A stretch of DNA of 55,313 nucleotides, counting the filler, from Catajapyx aquilonaris (lineage: Eukaryota): assembly GCA_000934665.2 (NCBI GenBank). It is 2 parts of 2 records of this genome, joined end to end, with 100 filler letters (N's around TTAATTAATTAA, not from the genome) between each part and the next. Parts side by side here need not be neighbours in the genome. Positions count along the whole stretch, not along the records: positions 1 to 27,614 come from KZ539273.1; 1 more part is not named here. One strand, given 5' to 3'. Positions within the stretch are counted from its first letter, which is position 1, and every line of letters begins with the position of its first letter. The notes beneath the pieces are model-generated. The model did not search any database, was not told where the DNA came from, and saw only the letters and a list, made by a program, of their open reading frames with translations. The position numbers were made by a program, and so were the translations under genes. Shown here piece after piece: positions 11,966 to 24,168 of the stretch.

Positions 11966-12340
11966 TAGTTGTGCATTGTGCCACCCCATTTGTAGGACTG
12001 TTATCCTGTGCAACAAGTAGTCTATCAGAGAGGAACTGAGATGGAAAATTTCCTAATTGATTAATTGTCACTAGGACATCTTCGGTACTGTAACTGTAGT
12101 GATGTACTATATCCTTCTAAAACATGAGACAATTTGCATTTGACTCAAGTGCAGGCTGCACTTGAATCAAATGCAAAATCCTCTCTATGTTTTTGACCGA
12201 TATAGTACCTACCTACAGAGTTATTTTCAGATCCTGGAACCTCTTCAAATAATGTGCATTTTGCTCATTTTACTTTTGGTATGGTCAACTCGGGGAAGAG
12301 ATCAGTTTGGGTGTTATGGTAATTTATTTTCCACCAACAG

Positions 12341-12545
12341 GTATCAAGCCATATGAATGCCGTTTATGTTCTGCTGCATTCACCCGCCAGCACAGTCTTA
12401 ATTATCATATGCTAATTCATTCGAATGAGACGCGATTCACCTGCTCTGACTGTGGGCGCAAGTTCCGACACCCATCTCACTTCAAGGAGCACCGCCGCCG
12501 GCATACAGGAGAAGCACCCTTTGAGTGTTCCGACTGCCTTTTTAG
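12341..12545 (+). CDS. Zinc-finger gene exon encoding fingers 2-3 and the start of finger 4
   Basis: YECRLCSAAFTRQHSLNYHMLIH, FTCSDCGRKFRHPSHFKEHRRRH-TGEAP-FECSDC. CAACAG acceptor and AG|GTATGT donor (phase 2). Confidence 0.95.
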
Positions 12546-13418
12546 GTATGTGAGTCAGTTGTGTTTCATTGATTTCAACTTAAAAACATCTAGGGTGGAA
12601 CCTTTGCCAGCCATAAATTTTGAAGTCATGCACTACAGCCATTAGTAAATCATTCATGCGTGAAAATTGGAATTATATTTTTGTGAGGACAAGGCTAAAA
12701 GGCTGTTTTCACACCGACTTCGTGCCACAAAGTGCATGAACCCACAGCAGTGAAAACAGCTTTAGTTTCTCGTGGCGTTCCCTCTCCTCAGACAGATGTG
12801 TGAGGGTCTAGGTGGGGCTTAGGTGCGGGAGAATGGTGAAACAAGGCCACACAGAATGGCAGTGAAGGTATTTTTTCATGTCATCTGCATATGAAATCCA
12901 CCCTCCACACCACCTCCCACAATCCCCCCACCCTCCTTGTGGTCACTGTGCCCAAGGCAGATGCCTTCACCTGATGCAGGAAGTTGTAGTGAAAACGACT
13001 ACTTTTTTTTTGAAGTCACACCACAAAATCTGCAGTGAAAACAAGATTTAACCAAAGTTGGGAAGTAAGGTATCTGCTGTTGAGCCCAGAGGGGGAGGAT
13101 CATTGCAGTATATGGGATGTGACCTCCCTTTTGCATGATATTTAGCCTGAGTCATGAATATGCAATGTGCACCACTTTTGCTGCCCTTGCTGATTATGCA
13201 CCACTGAACTAAAAGGGGAAGCATGCTATGGCATGTTTATGGCCAACATTACTCTCGGTTTGGTTATGTTAGGAAGGAGCCAAAGCAACTATGGCTATCA
13301 GGCTGTCAGAAGACACCGAGGTGGGACAGATGGAGAGAGAAATGAAGAGAAAAAAGAAGAGAGGAAAGATGGTATCTTTCATTTAGGAGGCAGACAAAGA
13401 GAGATACCAGTCCTTCCT

Positions 13419-14304
13419 GGGCAATTCCACGCGTTACGTACAGACAATCGGAAGCTGTGTTGAGGTGTTTAGGAGTCCACCGCGGCTGGGTACTTGCCGT
13501 AATAGATTAACTGTTATGAAAATCAGATGCAGCGCAGAAATGTGAAGGTGAGGGACATCATGGAAATTTCATTCGATGGCCATCCACGCGTGTGCGATTG
13601 TCTGAAATCTCGTTACGTACCATCCGTCATTGGACACCAGTTTCTGGGGTATTTGCAACTAGGGGGAAACTCTGCGAAATTTGACAGCACAGGTTTCGAA
13701 GCTCAAGTGCATGTGGGGCAGTAGGGTGCGAGGAACCTCATCATGCCATTAGATTGGGAGAATTCTCATTTTGAACGTGAAAACATTTGAGATATCCACC
13801 CGTTACGTACCACCCGGCATCGTTACGTACCACCTACAGCGATTTACTGGGAGTAGCATAAATTTTTGGAGATTGGAATGTCTGTGAATTCATAATCTTA
13901 TAATGGCTCCGCTGCACTGAAATAGGAACTAGGTAAGTTTTTGCCCTTTGGATACCTTTTGGTGTGGCTGTGGAAGGTCACACATTCATGAATACAGCAA
14001 AGTGATTGCACAGGTCGATGTTGCATTTTGTGCCCTTGAATTATATGAAAACGTCTGTCTCTCTTCCTTTCACATATTGCTACAGCGAATAACCAGCTGG
14101 CAATGCGCATTAGCCGAACGGATATCACAGAGCGCACGCTTAGATACTCTGGGAATAATACTGTGTTGTTGGGAATGATACTGTCACAAACTAACATGTC
14201 TAAGGAAACCATGGTCCACATGCTATCGGTTTTAGTCACTCAGATTCCAACTGCGTCAAGATGTAAGAACCGCACCCCATGTCCGCTCTTTCGTGAAATT
14301 GCCC
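13419..14304. mobile_element. Non-autonomous Sola2-like element with short TIRs
   Basis: TCCT-GGGCAATTCCACG ... CGTGAAATTGCCC-TCCT: exact 4-bp TSD. Termini resemble those of 2420-4291. Internal CGTTACGTAC repeats. Confidence 0.75.
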
Positions 14305-15509
14305 TCCTCTCTTCTTTTTTGTTTCTTTTGTTGGTCATCTAGAATTATCAAATACGTCGAAGTCCCATGTCAGGTGGTGCAAACTACTTATTTGCAACCA
14401 AGTTATAACTCTTCGTACTCCTCATGTGACAGAGCTATTTTAAAAATGGAACATAATCACAGAGAAGTTAAATGTCAAGTTTTAGGGCTGTATTTTCAAC
14501 GTCCTAGCAAAAGTGGGCGTTCCAGTCACAAGTTGCCGCTGGGGGTGCTAGAGGTAGCAGGAAAGCGTTTCTGACCATCTCTCTCGCACCCTACGACTCA
14601 TCCCCCAGTCCTCCCTCCAAGTGCACGGTGTTGCTGATGCAAACTGTGATGTTTTGGAGTCACCCAGCCAATGGGGGCTGTCCAGACAAACTTTCAAAAT
14701 TCCCCAAGGTAGGAGGCACTGCAAGATACCTGGGCAGACTTCACTTGTTCAGTCGCTCTCTGCCCTTTGCCCGCAAAGTTACAAATGCTTACCTATAGTA
14801 GAGATCAGTGGTAGCACCACGGAGGGTGGGGAGGACCAAACTCATCTGTAAAACCGCTCTGGCTATTCTTCACCACTAATCCATTGTTATTAATTGGTGG
14901 TTAATGTGTTGTGCACAATTAATTACAAGTGAAAATTGGCCAGATTTGTTTTACTGAGATTGGTGCTCCTCACGTTGAATGTACATTGATAACCAAGGAG
15001 TTATCCTTGTTTTCATTGTTGCCACACTGAATAGAAGAATAAATTATCATGCCCAGTTCCACCAACCATTTTAACTGTTAAGCGCTGTCTGTAGTTTTGA
15101 GTCGTTTAACCTGTGGATTGCGTTCTACGAGCGTGAAGTGGGTTAAATATCTCATTAGGGGAAAACTGGAAATCTGTCAAAGATTGCTGTACTTACCGGG
15201 AGGCTGTGATTTAAATGTGATGGACCCATGGCATTGAAAGTGCCTGTATAATTGAAGGGGTCGGTGCAATACTGCCCTACCCCTCCCAAACCTGATTTTG
15301 AGAAAACTGAAGTTGAAAGTTTGAGATGACCCATAAATCACATTTTTCATAGGACAATTTTCATATCTCCCCCAATATACAAGGCACTAATAAGGGATAT
15401 TTATGTGCTATTATGATGATGCACCACCCGCTCTAAGAATGAACAAACTAAGGTGGCCACGTGTGAAAAAAAGGGTTAGGGCAGTATTGGACCCAACTGG
15501 GTGGACCCA

Positions 15510-15798
15510 AAAGGGGGGTGGGTTACCACCATTTGTGGTTTGGAGCGATACATATACGTATTTCTAATTGCTCCAAGGGTAATTAGGAGGGGATGTGCGA
15601 AGTGCAAGTGCAATGTCGTTATATTGTCATTTTGTGAACTCCCCCGGGTGGGTTAGTCTAGCGGATATTCCCACCCGAAACGAAGCCAGAGATGGCCCAA
15701 CTCTGCACGAAAGAAGGTGGGAACCCCGGGTGGGGATTGAACCCGGGACCTTAACTTCCGTGAGCGCACGCGTTACCGCAGCGCCACTCCGTCTCCCT
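15510..15798 (-). mobile_element. tRNA-derived SINE (family A-related)
   Basis: Minus-strand head GGGAGACGGAGTGGCGCTGCGG...GGTTCAATCCC. The 3' body shares motifs with 22-357; a sister copy lies at 27490-27614. Confidence 0.8.
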
Positions 15799-16097
15799 GC
15801 TTTTTGCATAGTTAATGTGTATGGCGCCCTTAAAGTGTAGAGGGCCGGATGGTGGAATATTAGGCAAAAACAACGAAGTGCATGGGTGTCGCACCAGGAT
15901 TCTTACTCTGACAGGATTTGATCGCTTTTTGCGTGTGGACGATGTGTTAGGGGACCAAGGCAAGGGACCGGAAGCCCTCGAACTGACTTTAGCTTCTTAG
16001 AAGCTGGTGGAACGGACGTGACGTGACGTGACTATACTTTGACGGCGCCGTACGCATTAACTATGCAACAGAGCCCAAAACTAATTGCACATCCCTA
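15799..16097. mobile_element. hAT-like MITE whose left TIR is truncated next to the SINE
   Basis: Partial left TIR TTGCATAGTTAATGTGTATGGCGCC and full right TIR ...TTGCACATCCCTA. Confidence 0.65.
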
Positions 16098-16335
16098 GTT
16101 TTACGAGTACTATCAGTCTACCTGGCGATTGTCCGCGAGTTTCCCTTCACCTTGTAGAATTGCAAGTTGCATACCACCTGTTTTGTCTTTGACCATTGAA
16201 GCATGCATTTTCAAATGTGTACAGATATTTTATATCCTACATTTGGCGCTATTTTGCATCCTGTATACAACGGGATACCAACTTGTCATTTTCACATGCT
16301 AGTCGTATATCTGCTTAACCACTATATTGTTCTTA

Positions 16336-16625
16336 ATGACCGAAGCAGCAGTAGGTGAGGGGATATGGTATGCGGCTGCTAATCGGGAGGTCCAGGGATC
16401 AAATCCCGGGACCGGCAACTCTGACCGTGGTGTTCTGTGGTTTCCCACGGTCCCTCCAGGAAAATTACGGAGTTGTTTCCGTAATTAACAGGGCACAGCC
16501 ACTTCCTTCCATCCCTACCCCTTCCCAAAAAGCGAAGCAAAAGGTAAAAAGCAAAGAGTCCCTGACAAAAAATTGGGATGAACTCCCCCCCTAAGGGAGG
16601 CAATGGCTCTATCACGGGGTAAATA

Positions 16626-16690
<65 letters not shown>
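16336..16690 (+). mobile_element. Complete tRNA-derived SINE (family B) with a (TTA)n tail
   Basis: Exact 13-bp TSD TATATTGTTCTTA at 16323-16335 and 16691-16703. Degenerate A/B boxes. The central GTGGTTTCCC...CCAGGAAAAT...GGGCACAGCCACTTCCTTCC domain resembles Lm1-type insect SINEs (from memory). Ends TATCACGGGGTAA(ATA)(ATT)n. Confidence 0.88.
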
Positions 16691-16695
<5 letters not shown>

Positions 16696-16886
16696 TGTTC
16701 TTACTGTAGAATCCCAGATTTTAAATCAGGTTATGATGTAGGCCTCTGGTGCATAATTCTCTGGTTTTATGCTGAAAGTTACACATCATAAGGAGGTAAA
16801 AAAGCCATGTTGGATTGATCACCTTAGTTCCATCTACAAAATTGGGTGTATGTCATTTATGAGAGCAATTGTGGGGCCATTGCTAG

Positions 16887-19800
16887 TGTGACCCGAGCGG
16901 TTAGGTACACACAGTAAATAGTCAGTGGGTTCAGTTCTGTCATCCTCTTTAATGTGTTATCTTACAAACATTTAGTGAAAGGAAAAAAGGATATCAAGGT
17001 GGGGTGGGGCACGACCAGTCCCCCGGGATATTGTCCCGGGGAAAAGGCCTGGAGTGAAACAATTCACCTCCTTATATCCTCCTGAGACCTGGTGTCGACA
17101 TATGTCGACATCAGCAAAAGATTTTTTTGGCGCCAACCAGTGATGCCAACAGAACTGTAATATGCTGGTATCCCATGGTTACAATCTGGCCTCAATAGCT
17201 GTAGCCACCTAGCGTCGAATATTTGGCTTGGGCCGCGAAAATTAAATCGCGGACAAAATGGCGGAATCCGCTGCTGAAGCTAGGCGCTCATCTGATCAGT
17301 TTTATTTTTTTACTCATATTTAGAATGCGATTTTCGCAATGCAGTGAATGTCCTGGGATTCGCAAGGAATGTGTCTTAGGAACTGCGAAAAGATGATTCT
17401 GTGACAATCTTTGTTGCTGTAGAGAACTGGTCATTTTCTTTTCTTCCTGAGACCAAATGTCCATTTAAATGGACATCCGAAAAATGGCATTTTTAGCTGA
17501 ATGGGTGTGACTTTTCTTTACGTGCCTGTACCTATACACCCATAAGGAAGTGGGCTTTGAACTATGCTGTTCAGTTTTGAAATCTAGAATAGCAAGGTAC
17601 CACTTTATCGGGTAAGAAGGGAAGGAGCAAGCCCCATGCCTGGAGTGGTGGCGTTAAAAAATAATTTCATTTATCTCTAATTGTCTTCTGAGAGGAATTG
17701 CTACCACTAATTCCACAAATGAATTTTAAAAACATTGCTTGGAGGATAGAGCACTATGTGAGTGATCCATTAAGTGGTATTTCAATTTTCAGCTTTCATC
17801 CGTTCTGCTTTTGTAGCACCAATTGGGTCCTAATGTTCTCATTGGTTGTTTGTCGCCATTTTTGTCGATATTTTAAAACTAAATTTTTTTTCTCGTTTCT
17901 TATTGGGAACATGTTCAGAAAATGCAATAGGAACTGACATTGCGTTAAAAAATTCGTCTCAGGTCTCAGGAGGATATAGCAGAGTACAATGCATGATGGG
18001 TGGAAGCAAAAGGAAAAGTCACGTGACATATGCTGGCAGAAAGTATGGAGTAAAACGAATGGGGTAATCAAATATGCCCTGATATAAAGGTGATGCAAGG
18101 CTGCATCAGAATGCATTGAACTGTAGGACGTTTAGACATAGTAAAACCGGTACGGTCACACATCCCCACGCAGAGATATCGGCAACGCCGAAACATAAAA
18201 AGAATCAGACGACCCGGCAAAGTACACTGACGGTCAAAGGAAAAGTCACAGACACATCATTTAGCAATGGGTTCACACGTCAGAGGATTCATCTCTTGTG
18301 ATGATGATTATGACGATGATGACCTCCCTCCAAGGAGGAGAGAGAAAAATGAAGTCACTTGCACATCAGCTCAGGCTTCAGTAGTATGAGTAGTCGGTCC
18401 AGTGTTCGAAAAGGGTCCAGTCCTCATCGGGGTTGTTCGTCATCCAAACAGCGTGCGTCTGGTTAGAGTGACTGGTTGGCTTGGTGGCTCCTTCGACGAG
18501 GTGTGTGCCGTTGGTGGTGATCCATCTTCTACTACCGGTATAGTTCCGGTGCAGCTCATGTCGCTGTAGTTCAGGCGGCAACGGTACTGCATCAGTGTGT
18601 CGAGCGCCAGGACGACAGGGAATGGGGCAGATGTTCCGGTAAGGTCTCCACAACAGCCATCTCAATGACTCCGCTTCGCAGGCGATGAAAGTCGCCCAGA
18701 CTGTGCCGTGGATGGAGGGCAGGATCGTTGTCTCTTCACAGATGCACCGAAACCTCGGTACAGCTGATGTAATGCTTTAAAAGAAGGGACAGAGTTAGAT
18801 GATTGAAATAGAATGATGTCCAAGCGTGTGGTTGCTCCGTTTATGTAGTCGCCTGCGCACAGCATCATGGATCTCGACGTGCATTTCACTAGATTACACG
18901 CGTCACAAGTACAGGGTGGTCAGCCTATACCTGCACCGTGCTATTTGACCACTTTCACTTCACTTCCGCATTTTCACTACCACAGAACAGCAACCTTGAC
19001 CCGTCTGTGTCATAACGGGTTGGATACAGCCGATTCTTCTTGCGGGTTTTTTCTCTAGTCGTCTCCGGGATAGGTCCAACATGTGCGCGTTGGACTCCCA
19101 TCAAATGCGTCGTCTGATTGTCCGAATTTAAAGGTGGCTCCCATCATCCTCTTCGTGAATGAAAAAAAGAGCCTCCCCCTGCTGTACTGCAGGGCAATAA
19201 AAAAAATATGTGCGAGGTCACCCAGGTAGTCCCCAAACTGTTTATGAATGAATGAAAAAAGGGGGGTGATTTAGCTTTGAAGTGTGCGTGTCCTTGGTCC
19301 TGTGGTAGAGTTTGTCATCACAAGGTTAAACACACATGCTCGTCGCACATTTAGGCATACCACACAATGAGAACAAAACTCATGAGTATAATGACATAAC
19401 TGCTGCTGTGTCAAATGTTGGTTGTTCACACTCATAAGATAACATCTCATGCTTGGTTTAACTCGTGTAACACTCGTTGGTACTCACGAGTCGGTTGGTA
19501 ATGTTCATACCGGAGCTGCACGTAGACGTAGTCGAGGTCCTCGTAGCGGTACTTGTGGAGATGAATGCACAGTTGATTGTAGACATAACTGGGCTGTTCG
19601 TATACGTAAGATGACTTCATCTCGTGCGTTGGCTTGGAAACAGCGTGGCAAGCCCGGTACTACTTCTTCTCCAGAGGGGGTTGTACGTGCTGGGTAGGCA
19701 CGTGAACTTTCGTTGAGTTAAGGAATAAGGAAGAAGGGGTAGGAATGGCTCATGCCAGTAGGGAATAAGATCGTTATGATTGAAGGAATAAGTGGATAGG

Positions 19801-20949
19801 GCGGTTGTGCCCGTAGCCACAAGGAACCAAGAGCTGTTTGCTCGTATGGCCTTAGGAAAGGGTGGTGAGGAAGGGCAATGAGCAGGGGTTTTGCTCGTAT
19901 TCATACGACTACTTGGGTTGATTGTAGCCGTAGAACTGCTTCTCCTCGTATCGTGACTGTCCGTAACTGTAGAGGTACGTAGCCACAGTGGGGAATTGTA
20001 CGGGGTTTGTACAAAAGTTTTGACTCGTCGTGTCAGGTTCACACAGAGTCCAAGACGCTCGTTCCAGTCGAGGAAGGTGAGCTGGGGATGCTCCAATCCG
20101 CCGGGAGACTGCTCGTACTGGTCTGTACGCAGTCAGACGTCAAACAGAAGAAGGTTTCTTCTTCTTCAGAAGTGGTTACTTCTTCTTCAACTAGTGCTAG
20201 GATTGCACATAGCCATAGGAAGGGTTTAAGGAACAAGGGAACGAGATAATGTACTCGTATAAGGAGGGCATTGTGCTGGAACGGTTGTGTTCGTAGCAAC
20301 AAGGAAAGATGAGTGGTTCTGCTCATCCAAGGGGTAAGGAATGGGCATGGTCTCCCACAAGGGGTAGGGCCAAGAAACCTGTAAGGAAGGAAGAGGAAGA
20401 GCGGTTTTACTCCCCTCACGGATGCACTCAGTACAGAGATACAATCCGAGTACGCATCAAGCGTAAGGGCACACCTCAGACTCTAGTTGGATTCTCCCAT
20501 GTTTAGGGGCGAGTAGGTGTCCCAGATAACACAGAGGTAGAACATCAGGATCCCACTTCTGACACCACTTTTACATGTGACCCGAGCGGTTAGGTACACA
20601 CAGTAAATAGTCAGTGGGTTCAGTTCTGTCATCCTCTTTAATGTGTTATCTTACAAACATTTAGTGAAAGGAAAAAAGGATATCAAGGTGGGGTGGGGCA
20701 CGACCAGTCCCCCGGGATATTGTCCCAGGGAAAAGGCCTGGAGTGAAACCATTCACTTCCTTATATAGCAGAGTACAATGCATGATGGGTGGAAGCAAAA
20801 GGAAAAGTCACGTGACATATGCTGGCAGAAAGTATGGAGTAAAACGAATGGGGTAATCAAATATGCCCTGATATAAAGGTGATGCAAGGCTGCATCAGAA
20901 TGCATTGAACTGTAGGACGTTTAGACATAGTAAAACCGGTACGGTCACA
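16887..20949 (-). mobile_element. Non-autonomous Gypsy-type LTR retroelement in the last intron of the zinc-finger gene
   Basis: 374-bp LTRs with TGTGACC...GGTCACA ends: 5' LTR 20949-20576, 3' LTR 18160-16887 (interrupted). I count 3 substitutions between them. PBS TGGTGTCAGAAGTGGGAT (20567-20550) is complementary to a tRNA-Leu 3' end. Flanks CTAG/CAAG (4-bp TSD, one mismatch). No recognisable gag/pol in the 2.4-kb interior. Confidence 0.9.
17077..17974. mobile_element. DNA-type MITE inserted into the 3' LTR
   Basis: TIR TCCTCCTGAGACCTG...CAGGTCTCAGGAGGA. The empty site in the other LTR (CCTTATATAGCAG, 20759-20771) is consistent with a TA duplication. Confidence 0.9.
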
Positions 20950-21054
20950 CAAGGCATAATTATTGTACAGTAATTCACATCAATGTAACATTGGGAAATG
21001 ACTGATTTATTATTGCAAGTTCCTTATAAATTATTTCATGTGGTATTCTTGTAG

Positions 21055-21247
21055 GTTTAAGACGAGGAATACATACAAGCGACACCTGAAGACAAGACAT
21101 GGCAAGATTCTAACTACAACCGGTGGTCTCATCATCCTCTCTGATCAGCAGTTCCAGGAGGTGTGTACACTTCCACGAGTCTCACGTCGAACTACCAAGG
21201 CCCGGAGTGTTGAGTCATCCTCGGAGGAAATTGATGTCTCCAATTAG
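21055..21247 (+). CDS. Zinc-finger gene last coding exon (end of finger 4 and C-terminus)
   Basis: TTCTTGTAG acceptor. AG+G gives R, completing CSDCLFRFKTRNTYKRHLKTRH. Stop TAG ends at 21247. Confidence 0.92.
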
Positions 21248-23389
21248 TGCCAGCAACCTGGATGCATCCGTGCCACCTACCCCAGCTTTGATATTTTTAT
21301 ACTTTTTTATGTGCTATATTTTTAATTATTTTACACAATCACTGCAGTTTTGAGGGACCAAAGAATGTACAACATGGATCCCATGTATTTCATGTACAGT
21401 TTAACAGCAGTTTTTAAAAAACATTTTCTGTGGTCAGCCTAGAGGATATGCATAAGAATAATATTTTAAAATAATCAGCACCTGAAGGCTATATTATTCC
21501 TGGCCATTTATGACGAATGTTGTTCCAATCATAATGTACCTAATTTAGTTGTGAACAACAGAGACTGCTATATAGTGTAGAAGATATTCCTGAGCCCATT
21601 TATCATATGCAGGGAGTGAATGATGAAATTAGCACAATTACACTGTGTGTTCCAATTAAGGTGTCAGTTTTAGTTAGCAAATTTTTCCTCCTACAAAGCT
21701 GCTAATTAAACACTTATTTTCCAACAGCTATTTTTTATGGATCATCATAAATATTGTGATATTATGTTGAGGATAGACATTCATTAAGGGCCTGAACTGA
21801 AATGGTGATCTTTTTTGTTAACTTTGCAATGCAAGTAACCCATTTGCATTAGAGCTCAATGATGGAGTCAAATTTTTTGAAGGTTTTAACCTTCCAGAGT
21901 ATATATAAAAGTTATGTGTGTATATTCTACTTAATATTAATATCTCCTTTTTTATGATTCCTAGAAGTAACTGTTGCCAAGTAACTATTGATAACAAGCA
22001 GCATAGGACAAATAACTTGATAACTGATATAATGACTACTTGAATTAGGGCACACACTATTCAAATAAATAGACTTACCCGGTGACTAGAGTAACTTTTT
22101 TATGGGAGTAGTCATAACCACAGATCATGTATTCACTACTCTTTCCAAGTTGATTCCATACTGTGCACTTCCCATTGGTTTGCTGACAGAAATTCTGGTT
22201 TCCCAACTACTGTTTTAATCTGGGAGATGTGGTGGCTGGTGATATGATAAAATCTACTCGCTGAGCCTTATATTCATTTCGCACTTGAGCAAAATTTCGT
22301 AGCTGTAGCAGCCTAGCTCGAGGAATCACGCCTTTTGTTAGAGACCTTAGTGGCCTTAGTTATTTTTAAAGTGTGTATATCATTTTTACTGTAAAACCCC
22401 ATATTGACGTGATGAAATGATGAGTTTTCATTTCAAAATTGCAGGAAAAGTGGACCTGCTCATTTTTTTTTCTCTTGGATTAGCTTAACAATCCAGTGTC
22501 AATCTGATTGTATTTCTGACCATCCTGCATAGGAATCAAGAAGTTACTCCCCAAATAATTCAAGTGTGATAACGTTAGCTTGGAGAAAAGGCCTTTCTAT
22601 ATTGCAATGCGCACCATTCTTGTTGATCAAGGTGAATTGTAAAGCTCCCGGTGAAGTAATAGTGTCGCGGTAATTTAAGACAAGGTGAATTGTGACTGAC
22701 ATGGGGTGGATAAGGAGAGATTTTGTAATATATTATGATGCAATAATTTTTAGTGGAAGTTGTCAGATGACAAGATGAAGCACAGTTTTTCCTGTCTGTT
22801 ACCTGAATTTTGGAAGTTCAGGTCTGAAAATTGTGAAACTGTCAATTTTCTCACTTAAAATAGGCACAAAAATACTATGAACTTTAAAATTATATATGTA
22901 AATTTGTATATAAATGGTGGAAAATATCCTCCCACTTGGCAGTTAAGTAATTCACTAATGACTAGTGGGTGTGCCATCTTAACTGTGCTGTTAATGACGC
23001 TTATAATTCTGTAACTACATTGGGCACCAGTGTTGTGATCTTGCAAGTAATGCTAAGAACCAAAGAAACCATGCTACTTCGGAGTTGAAAATTTAGCTCC
23101 ACACAGCCACAAAAATTAATATGCTGCAGGTAGAGTGAAAGGAACTGATGGCCCATTAGTGTCAATTCAAGTTCATATGGCTGGGCCTTAAGAAAAAAAT
23201 AGAACTCAAAAAATTGATGCCATCTACCATTTATACAAAAATTAAACAATTTGAAGGATTCTACTGCATTTTGTAGGCATTTTAAGTGTGACAAATTGCA
23301 TCTTTCAAGACCTTCAAACCTGAAAATTACAACTCGAGGGACAGATATTGAAAAACTTGAGTTTCATTTTCTTATGTAATATGACCATA

Positions 23390-23956
23390 TCCTTCTGAGA
23401 CCCGAGAAGCCATTGGTGCAATTATTTAGTAATACACTACTGGTACTTGGAAAGAACGCTCTGTTGTGGAGGTGTAGAAGCAATTTTTCAGAATTTCATA
23501 TTTTTGTTGCAATCACTTACTGCAAAATTGGATGTACAATATATTGGACATTGGGTTTTAGCTATAACATTCCTTCTCTATATTTTTCAATGTTTTTTTT
23601 TTTTTTTTAAATTTGCAAGGAGAAGAAAGTACAGTATCCTGAAAGTTTTTATTCCATGTAATGATCATTTAAAAAATTCAGAAAAATTCATTTCTGCATT
23701 AAGACAAAGATAAATACCACATTGTCTACATGTAATTTTGTCATTTAATTGTCTTTATGATTGAGCCGCCATTTTGTCATCAAAAGCTGTTAAGTTTGCT
23801 TACCAGAGTGACGAGAGTAATTTTTCGCTCTAGCACCATATCTTGAGTACCACTCGAACTTAGTGCTATTCGGATCTGCTCCATAGCAAGGCATAATTAA
23901 ATAATTAATAATTAAATCAGGATGTCCAATATATTGGACGTCAGGTCTCAGGAGGA
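23390..23956. mobile_element. MITE of the TCCTCCTGAGACC family (diverged interior)
   Basis: TA-TCCTTCTGAGACC ... GGTCTCAGGAGGA-TA. Confidence 0.75.
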
Positions 23957-24168
23957 TAAATTAATGGCCTCCATTAAAACTCATTGTGGTATGTGGCAAT
24001 GTTTATCCTTGACACACTTCATTACTTATTGTAGCAGTTGAACTGCAGGTGATGAGGTACTGATCATGTAGTTGTAAAGCATCTTGACAATTTTGTTTAT
24101 GACAGTGAAACCTTTCTGTAGTAGTCTCCAGTCGATTATTTATTATATATATATATATTTTTCCTGTT

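Noticed and set aside
15585..15610. AGGGGATGTGC as the left TIR of the hAT MITE
   Set aside because: The same sequence occurs in the SINE copy at 27490 and is the reverse complement of the SINE body, so it belongs to the SINE.
19200..19245. YLGDL as a decayed RT YxDD motif in the LTR interior
   Set aside because: No flanking RT motifs; compatible with chance.
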